Position numbers and translations under genes: made by a program. A stretch of DNA of 64,000 bases from Azolla caroliniana (taxonomy: Eukaryota; Plantae; Polypodiophyta), in assembly GCA_043228905.1 (NCBI GenBank), contig JBHGNT010000103.1:22885-86884 (forward strand), in the 5' to 3' direction. The notes under the pieces were generated by a model. That model was not told the origin of the DNA and ran no database searches. It saw nothing but the letters and a program-made list of their open reading frames with translations. Positions 46,994-58,985 of this stretch are shown one piece after another (the first letter of the stretch is position 1; each line of letters opens with the position of its first letter).

Positions 46994-49900
46994 TCATCGT
47001 TCGGTTCCCCCCGATGTGTTCGGGTCGGTGCGTACTGTTGTCGGTTCCTCGTTGTTCCGCCTCGGTGTCGGCTCCTCGGTCCTCCGGATCTGTGTCGGTT
47101 CCTCGCCATTCAGGATGTCCGGGTCTTGCTTGAAGGGGTTAGCTGGCATGTGCCCCTTATACGGTTTTAGGCGAAACCCATTTGCCCATTTGCCCACAAC
47201 TTCTCCTGACAACGTCCCGAGCTGATAAGACCCATTGTACTCCTTTGTGATCCAGAATGGTCCGGTCCACCGAAATCGCAATTTCCCTGGCATGCTCCCC
47301 ATCCTTGTCTGGAACAGTAATACAGGTTTCCCGACCTCGAATTCCTTTTCGTTACCGCGCCGGTGTCGGTCTACAAAGGCTTTCCTCCTCCTTTGCTCTA
47401 GTTCTAGCTGTAGCAGGCTGGCTATTCGATTTTCTTCCAGTTCCAACAGCATCGCCAGCCGGATTCGTTCGGATTCCTTCTCGCTTAACCGCTCCTTAAC
47501 CTGTATTCTTAAGCTAGGAATTTGGAATTCTACTGGCATGACTGCTTCCAAGCCGAATGCCAGTCGGAACGGGGTCATCCGGATGCTAGTCTTGTACGCC
47601 GTTCGGTACGCCCACAGCACGCTCTGCAACTTCGTGTCCCAGTCGGTCCGGTTCTCATTGACGATTTTTCTAAGGATGTTCTGTAGCGTTTTGTTCGTTG
47701 ATTCCGCTAATCCGTTGGCTTGAGGGTAGTAGGGAGTACTTCGTTTGTGTACTACCGCATAGAATGATGTCAAACTTTCCACCACCTGCCCGAGGAAATG
47801 TCCTCCCTGGTCACTGATCAGCTCAATCGGGCATCCGTACCGACACCATATGCATTCGTATAAAAATTTGGCCGTGGACGCCGCCGTGTTGTCCCGTAAT
47901 GCCTTTGCTTCTACCCATTTCGTGCAGTAGTCGGTAGCCACTATTATATACCGATTTCCGGTCCGCATTGCCGGTGGCTTGAATGGACCGACAAAGTCCA
48001 AGCCCCACTTTTGGAATGGTTCTAATGGCAAGACCGGGTGATGTGGCATCCGGGCCTGCTCCGTGGGTTGGCCCAGTCGTTGACACAGGTCGCATTCCCT
48101 GCTATACTTAACGGCATCTCTCATGGTAGTCGGCCACCATAGTCCGCTCTGCCATATCTTCCGGGCTGTTGTTTCGCCGGCATAATGCCCGCCTGCAATT
48201 CCACAGTGGGCTTCCCTCAGGATCAGATCCTTTTCATCGCTCCGCACTGCTCGCCTCCATACGCCATCTGCCCCCTTGTGATAGAGGGTGTCTCCTACCA
48301 AGCAGAAATGTCTGCTCCGTAGTGCCATCCTTTTCCGTTCGTCTCGTTCCAGGTTTTCCGGGGGAACTCCGGTGCTCAGGAACTGATGCATTTCGGTTAA
48401 CCATTTGTCTTCGTCCGCTACTGTGGCCTCCGTTGCCGGTGCCGTCGTGACCCTAAACAGCTCGGCATCGGGAAATTCGTCCTATACGCCGTCCCCTGAT
48501 TCTCCGGATTCTAGTCTGCTCAGGTAGTCTGCTACCGCATGCTGCACCCCGGGTCGGTGGAAAATGTCGAATTCGAATTCCTGTAATAGCAGCGTCCATC
48601 GTGCGAGTTTTCCTGTTAGGGCTGCCTTTGAGACCAGGTAGAGTAGTGCCGAGTGGTCAACGTGGAAGGAGAACTTTCGTCCGAGCAGATAGTGCCTGTA
48701 CTTTGTGACACTGTACACCATTCCTAATGCCTCTCGTTCCGTTGTAGAGTAGTTCCGTTCGGCTTTCGAGAGTTTCCTGCTTGCGTAGTACACCGGCCGA
48801 TACCATTTCGGTTCCGTGAGTTGCATCAAAACGCTGCCGATTGCTACGTCCGACGCGTCGACGAAGACGTGAAAGCTTTTACTCCAGTCCGGCGGCTGCA
48901 CCACCGGAGCTTGTGACAGCATGACCTTCAACGCTTGGTAGGCTTTCTCCTCCGTTTCTGTCCATTGGAAAGGTACTCTATGTACAGCAGCGTGCAATGG
49001 TGTAGCAAAGTCGGCAAGGTGACGTATCATCCGACTATGCCACCTTATTTGGCCAAGGAATCGGCTTAAAGCCTTTGCGTTATTCGGTGCCGGTGCGTCG
49101 AGAATCGCCTTTACTTTATCCGGATCTACCGCGATTCCTTCCCGACTCACCACGTGCCCTAACAAGTTGCCGCTTGCGACTCCAAAGACGCACTTAACCG
49201 GGTTCAGACTTAATCGGTACTCGCGGCACTTTTCTAAGCATAGTCGTAGGTGATCGAGGTGCTCTCCGTGTCGGCTGTAGACGGCGAAATCGTCTAGGAA
49301 GACCTGCATAAAACCGGGAATAAAATCCCCGAAGATTTCCATAATTATCCTTTGAAATGTTGCAGGGGCTGTCTTTAATCCGAACATCATCACGACCGCG
49401 ACGAACACTCCCCATTCCGTCACGAACGCTGTTTTCTCTTGGTCGGCCGGGTTCATTCGGATTTGGTTGTAGCCGCTGAATCCATCCAGGAAGCTGTAAA
49501 CTTCGTGGCCGGCCACCGCATCTAGCACTCCGTCGGTGAATGGTAGTGGGAAAGCGTCGGTCACTGTCGCGGCATTTAGTTTCCTGTAGTCCACACATAC
49601 CCGGATTTTGCCGTTCTTTTTCGGGACCACCACTATCGGGCTCAGCCAGGTTGCTTGCTTGACTGGTCGGATAAATCCGACCCGGAGAAGCTTGTCAATT
49701 TCCTCCTTCACCTTTGCCGCATAGTTTGGATTCATCCGGTACCGGCGTTGAGCGATGGGTTTCGCGTCAGTACTTAGATGAATTTGGTGCTGGTAGAGCT
49801 GGGGGTCTAGCCCTCGCATGTCTTCGTATGACCATGCGAACACGTCCTTGAAATCCGTTAACAGTGCTACCATTGCCTGTTTTTCCTCCTTCGGCAATTC

Positions 49901-52729
49901 CTTCGCGACTTTTACCGGTCGGGGTTGTTCTGTTGTGCCGAGGTCCACCTCTTCCAGCTGGGATGCTTTCACCCTTTGGGATATCGTCATTTCTCTTTCT
50001 AGGGCTTCCTGTGCTTGGCGTAGTTCCCGGATCGCCGCTTTGTCCGGCTCGTCTGGCCTTGTGATGTACGGCTCTACTGCTGCCGTGATATCCACCTCAA
50101 AAAGTGGGACGATCTGTGGGTGTTCCTCGAGGTACCGATCAACTTCCTCATCCAGTAAGCCCTCCAACATGTTGATGCTTTCGGCATATAAAGGGGTTGC
50201 CTCCTTGCTAGTGAGCACCCGTGGTTGCGTGGCTACCCGTACCTTTGTTTTCCCTCGTCGGAACGTGATCATATTCTTTTGCCAGTTTTGCTTGATATGC
50301 GCCGTTCGCAGCCATGGTCGTCCTAACAGTAGGGGATATGCGCCTTGTACATTCAGCTCTAGTACCACGGCCGATATCCGGAATACGTGGCCTCCTATCG
50401 TTACTTCCAAGTCCCGGATAAGACCGGTTGGTCGGACTGAGCTTGTATCCGCCATGCGTAACCAGAAGGGGCATGGTTCCCACTCCTGGATGCCTAGGTC
50501 GTTGCATGTCTGTCGACTGATGACGTTCACCCCGGAGCCTCCGTCAATAATTGTTCCTGGAATCTCCTTTCCTTTGACGATTGTCGTGATTGCTGGGCTA
50601 CTGGTATCGACCACCGCTGGGCCTTCCTCCGGGTTGGAGAAAAATGCCGGTGCTGGCGTCGGCGTCGGTTTGCTCACGGCGGCTTGTAAGTCTGCTGTAA
50701 ACCGCGGCACCAACTGCAGTAACCGTGCCAACGGCAGCACGATCTGACAATCTTGTAATGCTTGCCATGTCGGGTTTTCTCCTGGCTGTACGATTTCCTC
50801 ATCCTTTGGCATATTTTGGTCTCTTACTTTCGCCGCACCTTGTTCGTTGGCTTCTTTGATCCATTGTGCTGCTTGTTTTCTGATTGCTTCCTGGGCTTCC
50901 CATTCGGCGGCCTTCCCCTTCGACCGCGTGGTAACCTGCTGTACTTCGGCTGTCACCATGTTGACTGTCGGCTGCTTGTCGGTTGTTTTGCTTGGGCATT
51001 GATTACTGTAATGCCCCTCTTTTCGGCAGTAATAACAGTACACCCTGTGCGTGTTGCTGGATTCTCCTTTTTCCCCTGTTTGGGGAAGGGGCATTCCCCG
51101 GCGGTTGTCCTCGGTTTGTCGGTTCTCCGGTGCCGCTACTGGTTTGTCATTCCTTGCTGCCTCCCGACGCTCCTCTCTACGGAAGAATCCACGCCTTTGG
51201 TTCCGTCGGAAATTCCGGTTCCCTGGCCGCCTTTCTTCTCTGCGTCGCTCGTATTCCGGGGATTCGTCTCGGTCGTACCGGTCCCGGGGGTAGCTATCCC
51301 TGCGGTTCTCCTCTCGGTCATAGCTGTCGTGTCTTCTATCGGGGTATCTGTCGCCGCGTTCTCGTCGGTAGCGGTCGTCCCTCCGGAATCGATCCTCTTC
51401 CGGGTCCCGATTGCGCGGTTCTATGTGTCGGACCGGTGCCGCTTGTCGAGTTAACAGGTTATACTCGCATCGGTTCGTTGTGTGGGCGCGAGAATTGCAT
51501 ATCATGCACTGTGCACGCAGGGTGCAGTCGACGGTCGAGTGCCCCGAATTTAGGCATGTTGTGCATTGTAGGGCTTGTCGGAACCGGAGGTCCTCCTCCT
51601 TCGGAAGCGCCTGGTGTAACGCCCCCATCGGCAAGAAGGGGCTCGTCTTGTCCATTTCCAGGACCCGATCAATAACTTGGTCCATTGTGCTGGTGCTGAA
51701 ATCGAGGATTCCACACATCGCTCGAAGTGGCTCTTTCAACGCAGCCAAAAAGACTGCTTTGGCCTCCTCTTCGGGTGGTGCTCTTGCTAATTGACTGTGC
51801 AAGGTCTGGAAACGAATGATAAATTGTGGGACCGTCTCGTTTTCTCCCTGCCGGGTGGTGTAGAATTGTCCGACCAATTCCCTTTGTTCCACTCGTCTAT
51901 GAAACAGGCGTAAAAACTGGGTTTTCAATGCCTCGAACGTGGCGAAGCTGCCTGGTAAGTGCTTTGCGTGCCACCGGGCCGCCGGTCCTTCTAATGTCAT
52001 GCCGAATTCGGCGACTTTGGATCGGTCGGCCTCGGGCTCCGTCAGTCTCTGGGACACGTGGTTGGCTTCCCATGTTCGCAGGAATGCATACACATGTGCC
52101 TCTCCGTCGGGCTCATCCCGATACTTTGGGTACGGATACGGCATCGTGTCGTCCCACTGATTCTCCTGCGCTGGTTCCTCCGAAGTCGGTATCCGCTCCT
52201 GCGGTTCCTCCGCAGGTGGTGTTGGTATCCGCTCCTGCGGTTCCTCCGCGGGTGGTGTTGATATCCGCTCCTGCGGTTCCTCCGCGGGTGGTGTTGATAA
52301 CCGCTCCTCCCTCCTCGGCGATTGCCGGTCACCGAACTCCAGAGTTATTTCCTCCTCTGGCTCCGATGTTGCTGAGTAATCCGACTCAAAGGGGTTGTTC
52401 TCGTGGCTGCTTTTATAGCGGGATCCCACGCTTTCCCCGCTATCCGAATCCGCCTCTAATGTTGCAAATGCCGCTGCGTCCCCGTCGCCGCCGGCGAGGG
52501 TCTGCAGTAGTGTCTCCGCTTCTTGGAGGCTGGTTATGCTACTGCCTTCGTCGGAAGCTTGTAGAACCTGGAACTGCAGTGCTTCTTCTGCGATTTGCCG
52601 AAGCGTTTTGGAGAATGACCGATCGCGCCGGATCTCGTCGACGGCTTGCTGCAGGGCTTCCCGTCGTCGCTGCCGTTCGGCGTGGCGTCTCCCTCTTTCG
52701 GTGATGTGGTCATTATTTTGTCTAGACAT
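46994..52729 (-). pseudogene. Gag-Pol polyprotein (gag-PR-RT-RH-INT), single frame with one in-frame TAG at 48482-48484
   Basis: Three CCHC knuckles, IIDGGSGVN, FLDGFSGYNQI, VFLDD, VFVDAS, NYSTTEREAL, WGLDFVGP, SDQG, QANGLAES. ORFs 48482-52813 and 46994-48391 are in frame across the stop. Likely ATG at 52729. Confidence 0.95.
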
Positions 52730-52781
52730 CCATCCCCCGGTTGTCCTCTGCACTCTGCAGGAATCGTGGTCGCCAAAATAG

Positions 52782-53157
52782 TGTTGTATGTATGGCTGGA
52801 CTAGCCGCAACACAGGTGTCTATCCGACACTTCTCCAAAGGGGTGGTAGGGATAGGATGTTAATACACGCGTATGATAATTACACTTAAGCACAGACGAA
52901 GACAAGATCAATAAGCATAAGCAAAACTATATTAATTCTTCGTCACTTCATTACAAAACATCGGATCCTTTTATAGGCATCCAGCCAGATTACAATCGGT
53001 GCTCTTAGGCAACCGTTAACCGAAACCGAATCGGTTCGGATCCGGATCGGTTACAACTACCGGATCCGTCCCTCCTAATAATTCTATTTATCTATTTATC
53101 CGCTTCGACTCTGATTCATCTTTGCTTTCCCATTTGCCTTCTTCTGACCGGCCAACA
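52782..53157 (-). repeat. 5' LTR (376 bp)
   Basis: Repeat of 43028-43403, followed by TSD ACAGA. Confidence 0.97.
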
Positions 53158-53234
53158 ACAGAGGAATCTAGAGATGCATCATGAAGCAAGTGCCTCGCAT
53201 CCCATCTACCAAACCATTTTTCTAGTGTTGAAGA

Positions 53235-54868
53235 CTGAGTTGAAATCGGAAGAATGTGCAACCAAGCTAAAAGCAGCCCCCACACAAGTAATGGGGCAAG
53301 GATTCGTGACCTACGTTGGTGTTTGTGAAAAAGTGATGGAATGGTTGCACCAATCCACATTCGGATTGTGTGTTTCCAACCAGGATAGCCCTAAAACAAT
53401 CGGATGATGAGGGGTTGCAATGAGGTAAAACGTTAATACCTCCTGGTGAGGCCCAACTTGAAGCACCAATGGGACAATGGCTTTGGTAACCACCCCCGAA
53501 GAGAGAACCCGTCCGTCGATAGCTTCAACGGATATGGGTTGTACTATGCGGACGGTGGGGATATTATGTGCTCGAACAAATGAGATATCAATGAAACAGG
53601 TAGATGCACCAGAATCGAGCAAGGCATGGGATTGTATTGAAGTAGACCCAAAACAAAGACTTACTTCCAATTTGTAAAACCTCTTGTTGGCGTAACTGAA
53701 TTGTAGGAGCACGGAGAAGTAGGGTAACAGGAAATGTCCAGCGGCATGACTCCTACTGCAGCCAGGCTTGGTCGTTTTCCTATTGTCGAGAAACCTTCGC
53801 AAGTCATGCACGGTGGGATTGATATCGAGGGCCTCGCACCGGGCAGTGGCGGATGACATGGCCGAGGGGGGGTACCACAATAGAGGTAGAGGCCATTGTC
53901 ACATCGATGTTGTCATTGGGCATCAGTTAATGGTTGGAACCGAGCATGGTCAATATCCATTGGGGTATGGGGGTCGACCTCCATCTGGGTATGAGTATTA
54001 TTGATGGATGCCAACCGTGGCTTGGTTGGCAAAACTAATACATATGGCCTTGTGATGGGAGCGTTGCGAGAGGAAGACTGAAATCCTCGAGTCCCACATT
54101 CCTCCTGTCAAAGCTCAAAAAGACGATTAGCACATTGAACAACTTGGGAGATTACCTGAAACAATGATATGAGCTCCGGAAAGTTTAAGAGAAGAGTCTT
54201 GACATCGTTTCAAAGACCTCGACAAAAGTGATCGCATAAGGCTTCAAGTTGGTCATCCCAACTGACATCAGATGCGATCTAACGAAACTCTGAAGTACAG
54301 ACTGAGGCTAGGCAAGAGCCTTGTTGCAAGGAATAGAGCTTCGTGAGTGTCGTTCGACATCAGTCTGTCTCTCCGAACGTTGCTTCAAGCTCCGCAAGGA
54401 AGGCAAGAAAGTTGTCTAAGAGTGGGGATGAGGTTTCGATCAATGGCGCAAACCACACTTGTGTCAATCCGAAGAGAAGGGTGCCAACGAGGCTGACCCA
54501 AGTGAAATCGCTAGCATAACGTTGGGGCTATAAACGGATGATAAGCCAGATTTGATTAATGAAGCCCCAAAGATGCATCTTCAAGCTGATGAATTTGTCG
54601 AGTAGGCTGACACTAGGTTCCATGACATATGGATGGGACGAGGAAGGAGTTGGGCTAGGTGCTAACAAAGGGTGACGCTCAGCGGGTGGGGGGTTGTTGG
54701 AGGTGCTGCCATTTTGAAGCTCTCGTAAAGATTTATGAAGGATTTCATTTTCTAGTTGAAGTTGTTCCAAGGTTGCCATTATTTGTTTTGGTTGTTGATA
54801 GAGTCGGACATGGTAGCAAGAAGATGGAAGGTGAACAAACCGTCACAAACGAGTAGAAGAGGCTAAAT

Positions 54869-54939
<71 letters not shown>

Positions 54940-56808
54940 TATATTAATGTCTTCTAAGACCAAAATTGGCCCATGAGACAATTGGTTTACAACCAAAATG
55001 GGGTGTTTACCCATTCATCGAAAGTAAAAATAAAATAAAATAGAGTTTAAGCTAAACAGTTCTAGTAAAAAAACATGTTCCATAAAGAAATGGCTTTATA
55101 CTAGGCCGAGTTTCATTTCCAACCAAGTCTCTCAAAAAGAAGCAGGAGGTCAAAGGTTTTCGATGTGGATGTGGATGTGGTCCTAATGTAAAAGGTACCC
55201 CAACCATAACTTCTAGGCAGCGTAGCTCACGTTCCCTTATCTTCTTAATCATTTCTACTCCACGTCGAGGAACTTTGAAGCCTAATATCCGAGGGCATTT
55301 GGTTGTTCTTTGCATTTTTGCTTCATCAAGAGAGAGGCCGAGTGGTGTAGGTGTGTCCATATTCATCGTCTCCCCTTGTTCCTGAAAAATTACATTAGTT
55401 ACATGTTGGTGAATACTAAAAGGGTTATGGTTAACACTTTGTAATTTATTCTCCCTATGTTGTTTTAGCTCTAAGATATACCTACCTAATCTCTTTATAT
55501 CCGGGGTATCTAATAGTCTGGAGAGAGTGGGAGAGGGTCCTAGTATGTCTTGGTATTTTGCCCTTATCTCGGTATAAGTCGGACACTTGCATGTAAAGTG
55601 ATACTCATCCTCTATCTCTATGTGACATAACCTACATAGCCTTTCCTCTCTAGGAACTCTATTAGCATGACCATTCTCAATCTCAAGTTGGTGAGATGAT
55701 ACCCTAAGTTGTCCAATGGCCACCCTTAGTGCATTTGATAAGAATGTATCCAGATATTTTGGTCGTGTAATAAAACCTAACTTAGAGAAGTGCAAGAAGT
55801 GTTCCTTATAGTACAACATTTTAGATGGGAGTGGCTCTCAGGATGTAAATTTGCCATATTTCTTGGCGTATTACTTTCTTATGAACTTCATAAGAGATTA
55901 AAGTTTGATCAATCCCACGATTGTACTTAAGGGGAGGTAGGTTATTAATGTCTATACCATTTGCAAGTAACCAACTCACTACAATGCTATACCAAGAGCT
56001 AGTGTCTCTGGACGCATATAGGGATCGGATGCCTCAAAAGCTCGATGGGATATCCTATCTTGTGGTTGGCTATGTATCTTATGAATAAAAACTACCACTT
56101 CGAAAAGTGCAAAAACTAACATCGGGGCCAAACTAAACTCTGCTCTAATAATGTCATGTGGTATTGTCGATTTGCTTCGGAGTTGACATGATAACATCAT
56201 CACCAAAGGTCTCTCTAATTGCGTCCACATGAAAGATGGTAGACCTGGAGCCCATACTACTGATGCATACATGAGGGAAGGGGTCACTAATGAGTCGAAG
56301 AGCCATCCCTTAGTCCGTGGCTCTTGAAAGTATGCCTGATGGCATTGTCTCTCTAAGAGTGAGAGGGATGCATACCCTCTCATTAGCCTATCTTAGGCTA
56401 CTTGGGTCATCGAGAATTTACCGGAACGAGCATTGAGCGTAAGCAAGGGAACAAGAAAGAGAGAGAGAAAATAGACAAGAGAATAAGAACTGATATTATG
56501 CTTCCGTAATTGGTGTTGTTCACCTTGACTAGGGCCAAGGTGAACCCTTATATTTATACATGTTTGTGGGCTCTAAATGTAGTTCCATGCAAAGACTCAT
56601 TTTCATGCACAACCTTTTGGAATGTTCCAACTTCTGGAGCTTTCTAGAAGCTTCTAGCTTCTGGAGCTTTTTAGAAGCTTTCAAAATCTCCTACATGTAG
56701 AATAGATAATCTACAATAATCTACTAAAAAGTAACATGAACATGTATTGGATGTGTTGGTTAAAACATTTGATTACAATACAATAGGTCAAGAGTTTGAA
56801 TCATGACA
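53235..56808 (-). mobile_element. Decayed chromovirus-type 5' part (5' LTR ~54841-56808 interrupted by a LINE; gag; protease)
   Basis: Gag MATLEQLQLENE..FINQIWLII. PR ALLDSGASTCFID..IVLGLSWLETHNPNVDW. LTR ends CGTCAC/CATGACA. TATAAATA (minus) at 56551-56558. Confidence 0.8.
54875..56431 (-). mobile_element. 5'-truncated non-LTR retrotransposon (RTEX-like) with (CT)n tail and TSD ATTGAG
   Basis: LFDSLVTPSLMYASVVW; QLRVSSHQLEIENG..PREERLCRLC..EDEYHFTCKC. (GA)n at 54872-54935. ATTGAG at 54869-74 and 56432-37. Confidence 0.88.
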
Positions 56809-56829
56809 TGATTGTTGAACGTCCACGTG

Positions 56830-56903
56830 ATGTGTATTCACACACTTGACTGATTCTTAAGGTGTGTTCACACCCTAGGTTAAGTTGAGTTTGATTCTCA
56901 ACA
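56830..56903 (-). repeat. Copia LTR end fragment related to the LTR at 6083
   Basis: Reverse complement TGTTGAGAATCAAACTCAACTTAACCTAGGGTGTGAACACA resembles 6083-6123. Confidence 0.7.
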
Positions 56904-58228
56904 TATCCATTATTTTTTATGTGGTATTGAGCCAAGATTTTTTTTTAAATCCATGAAAGAGAAAACTAGAACTCACCTGATTGAAGAGATTGAAGATGAA
57001 GAAGACAATAGGAGGCCCACAATGTGTGTTGAGTATGTATATGGTGACAATGCACAGTCCTTTGTTTCTATCGCTACTACTAGTATAGACCAATTTAAAC
57101 TTACTATATATCATTATATGAAGCTCTAATCGAGGGGTTTCCAACCTCAAGTTGATTCATTCCAGATATTATTACAACTCTCTAGTGTGTTTCCCACCTC
57201 AATCAAGCATTGGCTTAGTTTCAAATAATCACAACCTATGGTTGCGGAAAATCACTTTTGACCAAGGCTTTGTCGATCTTCAAAGGCATGGGGACTCAAT
57301 TGTCATCTTAACACAATGGGTGAGCATACAATCATAGATCACTAGAAATTTGCAAAGGAATCACCATGAACCAAGAAAAGGAAAAGCAACAATCCAAACT
57401 ATACACAACTATGATGACATCAAGATGGGGTTAGTATATTATGTAACATTGCCTCACTCCATGCAAACCAATGTCAAAAATCATGTGCCCTTACCACAAC
57501 ATATTCCATACACAATAGCTAACGATGCGTACTTCCAAAACTTTCTCAAACATCTTTACAAGTCATAAAAGCACCTCATGCATTAACATCACTATCATTA
57601 GTAATGACTTGTACTTTTAATCTTGATTCGCCAAGCTTGTTGAGTTCATCTTTTTTAGGAAAAATAACAAAACACTTTGAGAATGATTAATATGGACAAC
57701 GGAATCTAGAATTTATGTAAAATGTCTAAGAGTAATTCAATTACACAAGTGCACCATACTTATTTACTAGCGCTCAAATAACATACACTCATTCTTGAGA
57801 TATGATTACATCTATCAAATTCAAATGCTTTATCAGCACATTATAGGCTACGAAAAAGGAGTTTGACCATGAGGAATTGGTTTAGGCTGAAAGACGAAGG
57901 CAATGGATCGAATTGGCACAAATATCATGATAATAGCGACTGAAAATGCCGATCCCACAAGCATTTAAGCATCGTAAATGCAAATGACGTAACGGTTTCA
58001 TTAGCTCTCAATATGACATTCAAAACACTAAGTGGGGTAATTGAACTCAATCCCACAATATGTTTCTCTATTTCCACCTATATATCCCTAATAGATAACC
58101 TACCACTCACCCACAAAAGAGATCAAAAGATGATGAATAGGCAAGATAATTACATAAATACTATGCCATGAGTGGACCATTATAACTGCTCAATTTGTAC
58201 ATATAATTATAAACTGGTGTACAGGACT

Positions 58229-58501
58229 TTCTGACCTACTAATTAGTACATCACCTAGAGAATCAATGAGGCAGAGAAGGGTTAAGCCTCTTTCAAGATA
58301 TTTGCTCCTCCAAGCACATGACCCATTTGCCCTAACCTTTGAATATTATTAAACACTTGCATGAGATTTTCTGCCCTACTAATTAGTACATTACCAGGGG
58401 AATCAAAGAGGTAGCCTCTTCCAAGATGTTTGCCCCTCCAAGCACATGACTCATCTTGTCCTAACTAACCTTTACATATCATTAAAAAACTTCCATGAGA
58501 T
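58229..58501. repeat. ~140-bp tandem duplication downstream of the Pumilio gene
   Basis: TTCTG(A/C)CCTACTAATTAGTACAT...CTCCAAGCACATGAC...CATGAGAT occurs twice. Confidence 0.85.
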
Positions 58502-58985
58502 GGACTTCTGGTTGGTCTACCGCAGGAGATACCAGAATGTTAGATTAATCAATAACTGCAAATTATCACAGCAATAAAACATAACACAATGGCACTAATT
58601 TTTCCTAGAGCCATGGCAAATCGCAAGGATATTTGATATGTTACATGAGCAATCTATATACAAGTCATCAATCAATTTGATTTTGTACAGAACAAAGGGG
58701 AATTGCATGATAATAATAATAACCAAAGCACATCTGGGAGGTTATAAGAGTGGGGTAGAAATAAATTGAACTCGAAATAGAAAAGAGATTCCTGGATTCA
58801 GTTACAACAAAAGAGAATACATTCTTTCATTTTGCGCTCAAGCCTACTACCCTTTCTTAAAAACAAAAGATAATACACTCTGATACAACATTACAACACG
58901 AGCACTCGTTACTTTCTCTCTACACACTTTTCCTAGTCTTTTAGTTGATGTTAGATAGTCGGGATTGCTGATTGTAGTTCAAACC

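Larger units (their letters stand above)
43028..53157 (-). mobile_element. Complete young Athila-like Ty3/Gypsy element (10.1 kb) with 3' extra ORF
   Basis: 376-bp LTRs 43028-43403 and 52782-53157 (2 mismatches by eye). TSD ACAGA. PBS TGGCGACCAC at 52766-52775. CTATAAAAGG in the LTR on the minus strand. Confidence 0.97.
42469..53230 (-). mobile_element. Non-LTR retrotransposon 3' fragment (RTEX-like C-terminal CCHC) with (CT)n tail, split by the LTR element (parts 42469-43027 and 53158-~53230)
   Basis: MRLSLHALRCETGHW..RLCTLC..ESEYHTLIQC. The reading frame ..DASLDSSV|NEAFLQ is restored across TSD ACAGA. Confidence 0.8.

Noticed and set aside
49818-52704. Long plus-strand ORFs opposite gag-pol
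   Set aside because: Antisense shadows of a GC-rich coding strand; the same applies to ORFs overlapping PAL and the extra ORF.
57850-57990. Possible RTE-type LINE/SINE 3' end (..GCCGATCCCACA..)
   Set aside because: Too short and degenerate to support without a search.
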